Positions 25,469 to 34,900 of a stretch of DNA of 64,000 bases are shown one piece after another. Position 1 is the first letter of the stretch; the number at the start of each line of letters is the position of its first letter. Origin of the DNA: an uncultured Eubacteriales bacterium (GTDB lineage: Bacteria > Bacillota > Clostridia > Oscillospirales > CAG-382). The notes beneath the pieces were generated by a model. The model was not told the DNA's origin, made no database searches, and saw nothing but the letters and a program-made list of their open reading frames with translations. The position numbers were made by a program, and so were the translations under genes. The stretch is from NCBI GenBank assembly GCA_934446675.1, contig CAKSEL010000003.1, positions 151,318 to 215,317 of the forward strand. Reading direction: 5' to 3'.

Positions 25469-26464
25469 ATGATCGAGATAAAAAATCTTGACAAGGTGTT
25501 CAGTTCCGCGGGAGGACCGATAGAGGCGCTCAAAGACATTAATCTTACGATTAACGACGGAGAGATATTCGGTATAATCGGACTTTCGGGAGCCGGCAAG
25601 AGCACGCTTGTGCGATGTATCAACCTGCTTGAAAAACCTACAAGCGGCAGTGTGATACTCGACGGTAAGGATCTTGTGCAGATATCCAAAAAAGAGCTTC
25701 TCATGACGAGAAGAAACATAGGAATGATATTCCAGAGCTTCAATCTTCTTTCGCAGCGCAACGTGCTGAAAAACGTGCTTTATCCCATGGAGATAGCCGG
25801 GATAAAAAAAGCCGAGGCTGAAAAAAGAGCAAAAGAGCTTATCGAGATGGTAGGACTTACCGACAGAATCAAGTCTTATCCGGCACAGCTTTCGGGAGGT
25901 CAGAAGCAGAGAGTCGCAATAGCAAGAGCGCTTTCGACAAACCCGAAATATCTGCTGTGCGACGAGGCGACAAGCGCGCTTGACCCGAATACCGTGCGTT
26001 CGATACTTGCACTGTTGAAGGACATTAATAAGAAACTCGGCGTAACCATAATAGTTATAACGCACGAGATGAGAGTCGTCGAGCAGATATGCGACAGAGT
26101 TGCGGTAATAGACGGCGGACGCGTTGTTGAAACGGGCGAGGTCAAGCAGGTGTTCATATCGCCGAAGTCAAAAATGGCGCGCGAGCTTATCCTGCCGAAG
26201 AACGAGACTGTGGAGAGCATAAATTCCGAACGCGTAATAAGAATAGTGTTCGACGGACAGTCGGCGTTCGAGCCGGTAATCTCAAATATCATAACCGAAT
26301 GCAGATGCGCGGTAAATATTCTCGGCGCAGATACAAAAAATATAGACGGCAAGGCATACGGTCAGATGCTGCTTCAGCTTCCCGATGATGAGGCGTCGTC
26401 CGAGAGAGTTAAAAATTATCTCGGTTCGAGAAAAATACCGTTTGAGGAGGTAAGTTCAAAATGA
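25469..26464 (+). CDS. metN: Methionine ABC transporter ATP-binding protein
   Basis: Walker A GLSGAGKST, signature LSGGQKQRVAIARAL, Walker B LLCDEATSALD, and a C-terminal NIL-type domain. Confidence 0.9.
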   Translation: MIEIKNLDKVFSSAGGPIEALKDINLTINDGEIFGIIGLSGAGKSTLVRCINLLEKPTSGSVILDGKDLVQISKKELLMTRRNIGMIFQSFNLLSQRNVLKNVLYPMEIAGIKKAEAEKRAKELIEMVGLTDRIKSYPAQLSGGQKQRVAIARALSTNPKYLLCDEATSALDPNTVRSILALLKDINKKLGVTIIVITHEMRVVEQICDRVAVIDGGRVVETGEVKQVFISPKSKMARELILPKNETVESINSERVIRIVFDGQSAFEPVISNIITECRCAVNILGADTKNIDGKAYGQMLLQLPDDEASSERVKNYLGSRKIPFEEVSSK

Positions 26465-27150
26465 CAGAGTTTATACAGGGACTTTTCACAAGACTTTCTC
26501 CGGCAGACTATATGCAGGCAACCGCCACAACACTCAAAATTACGCTTATAAGCATGGTGCTTGCATACATAATCGGACTTCCTCTCGGCGTTCTGCTTTA
26601 CGGAACGGCAAAGGGCGCGATATTCCAGAACAAGTGGGTAAACACCGTTGTCGGAGTTGTAGTAAATATACTGCGTTCAATACCGTTTATCATACTTCTC
26701 GTAATGACGCAGCCGATAGCTAAAGTCGTAGTCGGCAGCAGAATAGGCGATAACGCGTTTATATTCTATCTTGTCATTGCGGCGGCTCCGTTTGTTGCGC
26801 GAATGGTGGAATCCTCGTTCAAAGAGGTTGACGCCGGCGTAATAGAGGCGGCGCAGTCAATGGGGTCAAATAATTTTCAGATCATCACAAAGGTCGTAAT
26901 ACCCGAATCAAAACCGTCGCTGCTTATAGGCGCGGCAATAGCAATAACTACGATACTCGGATATACGCCTATGACATACCTTATCGCGGGCGGAGGTCTC
27001 GGACAGCTTGCAATCCAGTACGGTCTGTACCGTTTCGAGACAAACGCAATGTACATTTCTTCCATCTTGCTTATTATTCTTGTCCAGATCATGCAGGAGC
27101 TTTTAAACTTCATTGCAAGAAAATGCGACAAGCGTATAAGAAATATATAA
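26461..27150 (+). CDS. metI: Methionine ABC transporter permease
   Basis: 229 aa, 5 TM segments. The start overlaps the metN stop (ATGA). EAAQSMGSNNFQIITKVVIPES is the EAA loop. Confidence 0.9.
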   Translation: MTEFIQGLFTRLSPADYMQATATTLKITLISMVLAYIIGLPLGVLLYGTAKGAIFQNKWVNTVVGVVVNILRSIPFIILLVMTQPIAKVVVGSRIGDNAFIFYLVIAAAPFVARMVESSFKEVDAGVIEAAQSMGSNNFQIITKVVIPESKPSLLIGAAIAITTILGYTPMTYLIAGGGLGQLAIQYGLYRFETNAMYISSILLIILVQIMQELLNFIARKCDKRIRNI

Positions 27151-27174
27151 TTTTTTCAAAAGGAGACTAAAACC

Positions 27175-28053
27175 ATGAAAAAGCTTCTCACAATCGCTCT
27201 CGCAGCACTTCTTTCGGTATCTGTATTTACCGGCTGCCAGAACAAGACCACAACAGACGACAAAAACAACGACAGCAATGTTCAGGACAATGTTAACGGT
27301 GCAGACAATTCCACCGATGACAAAAAGCTTGAGACCGTAACCGTTGCGGCAAGCAGCGCTCCTCATGCAGAGATCCTCGAACAGATTAAGGGTATACTTA
27401 AGGACGAGGGTTATGACCTCCAGATAAAGGTAATGGACGACTACGTAACTCCTAACACTGCTGTTGAAGGCGGAGACGTTGACGCTAACTACTTCCAGCA
27501 TCAGCCTTACCTCGATCAGTTCAATGACGAAAACGGCACTCATATAGTTTCCGTTGCAAAAGTTCACTATGAGCCTTTCGGAATCTATGCAGGCACTTCT
27601 TCAAGCCTTGACCTCGCAGACGGCGCAAAGGTTGCAGTTCCTAACGACGCTACCAACGAAGCACGCGCACTCCAGCTCCTCGCTGCAAACGGACTTATCA
27701 CCCTTAAGGACGGCGCAGGTCTTACCGCTACTACAAAGGATATAACCGAGAACCCCAAGAACCTCAATATCGTTGAAATGGAAGCAGCTCTTCTTCCCTC
27801 CGTTCTTTCCGAAGTTGACGTAGCTGTTATTAACGGTAACTACGCTATAAGCGCAGGTCTTAAGGTTTCCGAAGCTATCGCAACCGAAGATCCCGATTCC
27901 GAGGCTGCTCAGACCTTCGCTAATATCCTTGCCGTTAAGGAAGGTAATGAAAACGAAGATAAAATCGTTGCTCTTAAAAACGCTCTCCTCAGCGATACCG
28001 TTAAGAACTTCATCGCTGATAACTATGACGGCGCTGTTGTCGCTATATTCTAA
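27175..28053 (+). CDS. metQ: Methionine-binding lipoprotein (MetQ/NlpA family)
   Basis: Lipobox VFTGC. NlpA-family blocks YFQHQPYLDQFN, HYEPFGIY and AVPNDATNEARAL. Confidence 0.9.
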   Translation: MKKLLTIALAALLSVSVFTGCQNKTTTDDKNNDSNVQDNVNGADNSTDDKKLETVTVAASSAPHAEILEQIKGILKDEGYDLQIKVMDDYVTPNTAVEGGDVDANYFQHQPYLDQFNDENGTHIVSVAKVHYEPFGIYAGTSSSLDLADGAKVAVPNDATNEARALQLLAANGLITLKDGAGLTATTKDITENPKNLNIVEMEAALLPSVLSEVDVAVINGNYAISAGLKVSEAIATEDPDSEAAQTFANILAVKEGNENEDKIVALKNALLSDTVKNFIADNYDGAVVAIF

Positions 28054-28271
28054 GAGTACGAAAGAGTACGAGGGTACGCAGAAGAACGCGCTTTCTTTTT
28101 AAAAAGAAAGCTGCAAAGAAAACAATAGCCCCTAATTCAGAAAAAATTACGGGATGCTCACTGCCGCCAGCTTGTACCGTCAGCCACCAAAAGGCAGGCG
28201 GCTGACTCAAATCTAAGCCGGTGCGTGAGTAAACTATGGAAACCGCGTACTAAGTATAATTTTATAAAATT
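28054..28271 (+). repeat. X-type repeat, copy 5 (core about 28072-28242 plus tail)
   Basis: Same architecture as 10562-10770. The internal hairpin is the alternative version, TCAGCC..GGCTGA (28180-28205). It starts immediately after the metQ stop. Confidence 0.85.
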
Positions 28272-28311
28272 AAACTCTGTGCATTGTATAAAACTTTGCA
28301 CAGAGTTTTTT
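28272..28311 (+). terminator. Shared repeat-family hairpin T, copy 3
   Basis: AAACTCTGTGCA / TGCACAGAG followed by T6. Confidence 0.7.
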
Positions 28312-28922
28312 CTATACATAAAAGTAACATTCAGCCGTAGTCATCTCGCGTAAGCGAGCTGGTCGGAAAAGTAAGTCCTGTTGACTGTAAAATAACAATA
28401 AAAATTAACACTTGTGTACCTAAAACCAAGTTTACGCAGACCGCAACGTGACATGGTAAAAAGGTTAAATCGTGTTGCTCAATCAATTACTTAGAAACCA
28501 ACCCCATCCGCGCGCTTGTCGCGCGGCGATTTTGCCGTAAGTTATGTGGACGAACCGTAGTAGCAGGGCGGTTATGCTTGTAAGAATAATAAAGGTGAGA
28601 AAAGTTGTACTTAGGGCAAAATCCTCCACGTAGCCATGCTTTCGCGGCGGCGTTTGAGCCGCGAAAATCTTTTGTCACTTTTTCGATTCCGAAAAGTGAG
28701 TGAATAGGGTTGCACATGGAAGTGGATAACCTGTTTTCGCCCAAACAAAGCGAAAATCAGCTAAACGCAAGAGCAGTTCGCTTTCGCGGCGGCGATTGAG
28801 CCGCGAACGGCTTTTCGACCACTTTTAGCCGCCGAAAAGTGCAAATACAAAGTTGCACTTTGAAGAATGTAACCCGTTTCCGCCCAAATAATCCAAAATC
28901 CGCTGTTCTCTCAGCTCCGCGC
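28312..28922 (+). ncRNA. A-type large structured ORF-free element, copy 2 (with internal module duplication)
   Basis: Reverse complement of 12262-12739, plus an extra ~140-nt module. The landmarks TTCGCGGCGGCG(T/A)TTGAGCCGCGAA (28641-28665, 28783-28807) and GTTT(T/C)CGCCCAAA (28733-28745, 28876-28888) each occur twice. Confidence 0.4.
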
Positions 28923-28990
28923 CTGTATACCCGCGGTATTTTCTGTAAATACTAATTCCAAATCATGCATTGCCGAAAGGAAGTATTTAC

Positions 28991-31900
28991 ATGAGATCCA
29001 CGTCGGAAATCAAAACACTCGATGAAATTTTCGGGAATATAACTGCCGTAAAAATCTCATCGTGCAGAATTCTCGGAAGAAAACTCAAAGCCGCGTCGCG
29101 TGTATTAAAGAGCGAATTCGGTAAGGTAAAGCAGTTTTCAAAGCATGACGGTTCGCTGCCGTGCGCATATGAATGGCTTGCGGATAATTACTATGTGCTT
29201 GATAAAAACGTAAAAGAGCTTTCGGCGCAGATATCTCATTTTAAGAAAATTCCCGTGTCGGACTGCGGACTTCCCGTGTATTTTGAATTGCTTTCGGCAT
29301 ACTATGAAACTCTCGCGGACGGATTTTCCGATGAAAACTTTTCGGAGTTTGTGAAATTCGCCTGCCAAAATAAAAATGTTGCTCCCGATATGCGTGATAT
29401 GTATGCTTTTCCGGCGTTTGCAAAGTGCGCGGTTATATGCTTTGCTGCAAAAATGTGGCGTGAGTTCTCGGCTGATCCGGATAGTATAAATATGGCGCAT
29501 ATTATGGAAAACGCGGTGAAATCGCTGTCAAACCCGGAGATTTTCGATATGGAGGAGCTTTTTTCCTTTCACCCGGCACAAAAAATAATGTCCTGCGACC
29601 CGTCCGGAGCTTTTGATAAAATGAGCGAGGATACAAAGAAATATTATAGATTAAGACTTTGCGATCTGTCCCGAAAAAACGGACAAAGCGAACGTCAGAC
29701 AGCGTCGCGTATTCTCGATAAGGCAGCCGCGGCGGAAAATTTAAGAGAGCGTCACGTCGGCGCATATCTTGAGGATAATAAAAGCTTTGCCGTGCCGTAT
29801 TACGGCGCGCTTTTCTGCATTGTCGCGGCGGCACTGCTTGCGATGACGGCTTTTGTTTCGCCTGTTTGCCTGCTTCTTGCTTTGCCGGTGTGGGAAACCG
29901 TAAAATTTCTGCTTGACGTTGCTTTTTCGCGCTTTGTAAATCCCGAGCCTCTTTTCAGAATGGACATTTCGGAAATTCCGGACGGATTCGGCGCACTTAC
30001 CGTCATAACAACGCTGCTTTCGGGAAATAACGCGGATAAAAAAATATTTGAAAGACTTGAAAGCCTGTATTTTTCAAACGGCGGTAAAAACGCATATTTC
30101 GGACTTCTCGCCGACCTTCCCGACAGTAAAACGCAAAAGTCCGGAAATGATGAAAAGTTGCTTGATAACGCAAAAAAGCAGATCCAAAGACTTAATGAAA
30201 AATACGGCGGCGTTTTCTTTTTGTTTACAAGACAGCGCGCCTATTCAAAGTCCGAAAAGGCATATATTGCACCCGAACGCAAAAGGGGAGCCGTCTGCGC
30301 ACTTTCGGAATACCTCTGCGGCAAGGGCGATAAATTTGATGAGAACTCATTAAAGCCGTCAAAAGAGCTGTGTAAGAATATAAAATATGTCGTTACTCTC
30401 GACGCTGATACCGAAATGCCCGTCGGCGCACTTGAGCTGCTTTGCGGAGCAATGCTTCACCCGCTGAATAAGCCCGTGCTTAACAGTGACAAAACGGCAG
30501 TGGTAAAAGGACACGCAATAATCCAGCCTGCCGTAAGAACAACGGCGACCGACGCGTCGAAGAACCTTTTTACGTCGGTAATGTGCGGACCTGGAGGTCG
30601 TGAAAGCTACTCGAACTTTTCGGGCGAGCTTAATATGACGCTGTTTAAAAATTCGGGATTTTGCGGAAAGGGAATATTCGATAAAGAGGTGTTTTATGAG
30701 CTTACCCACGGCAAAAACGCCTTTAAAACAAACGCGGTGCTGAGCCATGACGCACCCGAAGGAGCAAGGCTGAACTGCGCTGCGGATACGGAAGCCGTGT
30801 TCACGGACGGATTCCCCAAAAACGAGCTTTCTTACTTCAAACGCGAGCACAGATGGATAAGAGGAGATTTTCAAAATCTCGGCTTTGCCGCAAAATACGT
30901 AAAAAACGCGTCGGGAGAGAAAGTTGAGAACGGGATTTCTGCGCTTTATAAGTACAGAATTTTCGATAATGTCAGACGTGAGCTTACTCCAGTCTTTGCG
31001 GTAATTGCCGTTGTATGCACGGTTTTCTGCGATGATTTCACAAGCGCGTTTCTCGGCGGAATAACGGCGCTGTATGTCTTTATGCCGTTTCTTGCCGACT
31101 TGATTTGTACGCTTGTTCATATAAAGAGCGGAGCAAAAGCCGCAGCAGCAAGGTTTTATTCTTTCGGCGTCGTGCCGTCGCTGTTTCAAAATTTGAGACG
31201 CTGCGCTCTTGATATGTCAATGCTTGCAAAATACGCTCTTGTCTGCCTTGACGCGTTTTTCAGAAGCTGTTACCGAATGTTTTTCTCGCATAAAAGGCTT
31301 CTCGAATGGACGACGGCGGCTCAGAGCGACGCGTCAAGCTCCGACGGAATAGGAGGATACGTCTTTAAAAATCTGTTTTCAAGCATAATAGGCGTTTTCG
31401 TGTTTGTATTTTCGGGCGACGGCTTTGCAAGGCTTTTCGGACTGTCGTGGTTTTTTCTTCCGGCTGTCGCGTATTTTTGCGCCGAGTGTAAAAATAACAC
31501 GCTTTCAGATAACGCGCCCGATAATGACGAGCTGAAAACCGTTAATGAGTACGCAAAAGATATATGGAGCTTTTTTGAAAACACGGTAACGGAGGAGGAA
31601 AATTATCTTCCGCCCGATAATATTCAGCTTTTTCCCGAAATGCGCACAGCTCACAGAACCTCGCCCACAAATATAGGACTGTATCTTGTATGCGCCGTGG
31701 TTGCGAGAAAATTCGGCTTTATAAATTCGCACGAGCTTTGCGCAAGACTTGAAAATTCGCTCTTTACTCTTGAAAAAATGCAGAAATTCAAGGGACATCT
31801 TTATAACTGGTACGATACAAAAACTCTCGGCGTTCTCGAACCCGTGTACGTTTCAAGCGTTGACAGCGGAAATTTTCTTGCGTGCCTTATAACGGCGTCA

Positions 31901-34900
31901 AACGGTGCGGCGGAATATAAAAACGAGTGCGCGGAGCTTGAAAGTATCTCCGAAAAACTGTATGCGCTGTATGAAAATACGGATCTTGAGGTAATTTACA
32001 ATAAAAAGCGCGGACTTTTCACTCTCGGACTGTCTTTTGAAAACGGACGGGCAAAGTCCGGAGATAACTGCTATGACCTGTATATGAGCGAGGCGAGAAC
32101 TCTCAGCTATATTGCCTGCGCAAAGCGCGGCGTGCCGCCTAAACACTGGAAAAGACTTTCGAGAATGCCCGTTAAGTTTTACGGACATACGGGACTTGTG
32201 TCGTGGTCTGGCACGGCGTTTGAATATTTTATGCCGGCGCTGTTTCTGCCGTATATGCCCTGTACTCTTGAATATGAAGCACTGCGGCTTGCATATGACG
32301 CGCAAAAGTCAAGAAGTGCCGAAACCGACTTCGGAAAGATATTCGGCATATCCGAAAGCGCATATTTTGCCTTTGATTCTCAGATGAACTATGCATACCG
32401 CGCCTTCGGCGTTCCGGTGCTGGGACTCGGACGCGGACTTGAAAAGGATCTTGTAATATCTCCGTACTCTTCGTTTCTTATGATGAGCGTGAATTTGAGC
32501 GGCAGCCTTAAAAACCTTGCCGTCATGAAAAAGTACGGCTTGTATGGCAGATACGGCTTTTATGAGGCGTGCGATTTTACACCCGGACGCGCCTCGGCAA
32601 AGGGCAGCATTGTTAAAAGCTATATGGCGCACCATATGGGAATGAGCTTTTGCGCATTGGCAAACGCGGCGTTTTGCGGCGAAGTACGCAGACTGTTTAC
32701 GGAGGATAAGGCTATGGAAAGCGCAAAAACCCTGCTTGACGAGAGAATACCCGTCGGAATTGAAGTAAAGAAGTATTCAGGTATATATGAAAAGACTGAT
32801 AAGCCGGACGCCGCGCCTATCTGCGTTCAGAGCCGTGTTTCAACCGGCGCAGATCCGGAAAATCCCGTGTTCGGCGCACTGTCCGACGGCAGAATTTCGG
32901 TTCTCGGCGCAGATAACGGATATGTGCGTATCTCGCTCGGCGGTAAAATGATAAACCTTGCCTCAAACGAAAAATACGGCATACAGAAAAGCGTTATGTG
33001 CTTTGCAAAGCTCGGAAATACGTTTTTAAGCTCTTGTCCCGGCATAAATGACAATAAAAATGAGAGCCGCAGTTTTGAGATAAGTCCGGAAAAGCTGTCA
33101 TATAACGTAAAGTCTGACGGAAAATATAATTTTACCTCGTCATTTACCGCCGAAAAAAACGTATCCGAAACCGTAAGAATTAAAATGACGCTTGAACGGG
33201 ATAAAAACGGAAATGACAGAGCAGAAAAGCCGAAGCGCGTAAAATTCGCACTGTATTTCGAGCCTGTTCTTGCAAGTATTCTGAACTACGAGTCGCACCC
33301 TGCATTTTCGGGGCTTTTCGTCGAAGCCGCGCTTGATGAAGAAACGGGAATACTGTGCTTTCGCAGACGTCCGAGAGAGGCTCACGAAAAGGAACTGTAT
33401 CTTGCCGCGGCGCCGTCAGACGGAGAAAAGTTTGATTTCGGCATAAATAAGATACGCATTTTCGGCTATCCCGTGACGGGTGAAAGCTTCAAGAAAATAT
33501 TTGATAAAAGACCCGATAACAGAGAGGGCGCGTGCATAGATCCTGCGTGCCTGATTGCCGCAGAGCGCGGTTTTGACGGACAAAACAACAAGGCGCAGTT
33601 TGAAATAATACTTTCCGTTTCCGACAGCCGCGAAAAGGCGATCTCGGGAATAACCGCCGCGAGAGAAAAAAGCTTTGAAAAGGCGTGTGCGGAGTTAAAA
33701 AAGACCTCCCTTGAACTGTATGCCGCGTCGGGTTATGCGCCGGACGGAGAAGTCGGAGAGTCCGAAGAAGAAAAAGAGCTTTGCGCGCTTGTTTATCCCG
33801 AAAAGAGCGAACCCGGCACCGAACTTGAGAAAAACGGCATGGACGCGCTGTGGAAATACGGAATATCGGGCGATTATCCGCTTATATGCGTATATGCAGA
33901 CAATCCGCTTGACGAGGATAAGGCGATAAGGTATGTAAAGGCGTTTGCTCTGCTTAAATATAAAGGCTTTTGCGCGGATCTTGCGCTTTTGTACCGCGAG
34001 CATGAAAAATACCGTGCAGACGGAGAAAATCTTGCCGACGATATAATTTCAAAAAGCGGCGTTTCGGGACTGATCGGCGCAAAAAACGGCGGAATATTCA
34101 AGGTTGACCTGTCTAAAAGCTCAGACGGCGGAGAAAAACTCATATTCCGCGCGGCGCTTGTGTATCCGCCTCTCGCAAAACCCGATGAGAGCGCGTTTTT
34201 TGCAGGAAATTATGATATTGTAACGGATATTCAGGGGAAGGAAAGCGCAACCGACGGGGAAATATTCTTTAATACTGCGGTCGGATATTTTGACAAAAAC
34301 TACGATTTTACCGTCGATAAGACAAGAAATATAACCCGTCCCATGTCGCACGTTCTGTCTGGACGGCACCTCTCGACGGTCGTCACCCACAATTCTCTCG
34401 GATATACTTTCTGTACAAACGCCGCCGAAAGGCGAATAACTCCCTTTTATAACGACGAATGTTCCTTTTCGACGGGAGAGCATATTTATATAAGCGACGG
34501 ACAAAAGCTCTATGACCTTGCCGCGGTTTCGCACAGCGTAAAGTACGGTACGGGATATGCAGAGTATACGGCGCGTATATGCGAAAAAGAGGTAAGACTT
34601 AAAGTATACGTTCCCGAAAAGCTGCCGATTAAAATTTATGAGGCTGACGTTCCGGACTCGCTTTCGGCAATGCTCTTGGTAAAGCCGGTAATGGCAAGAT
34701 TTGCCTTTTCAAACTCCGACTGTACGTTTAATATAGGCGCGGGCGCGGTAAGGTTCGGGAACAGCTTTTCGCAGAATTTCCCGTATACGGGATTTGCGTT
34801 CGGAGCAGGCTTTGACGAGTCGGGAAATGTGTCGGAGGGCGCGGTAAAAATATTCAGAAGCGGCAGATTTTCGGGCTGCGCCGCAGTCATGTTTGAAAAT

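Noticed and set aside
25391-26065. 224-aa minus-strand ORF opposite metN, and similar antisense ORFs inside the glucan-synthase gene (for example 30359-31189, 35270-35821)
   Set aside because: They are antisense to strongly supported genes and have no RBS or domains.
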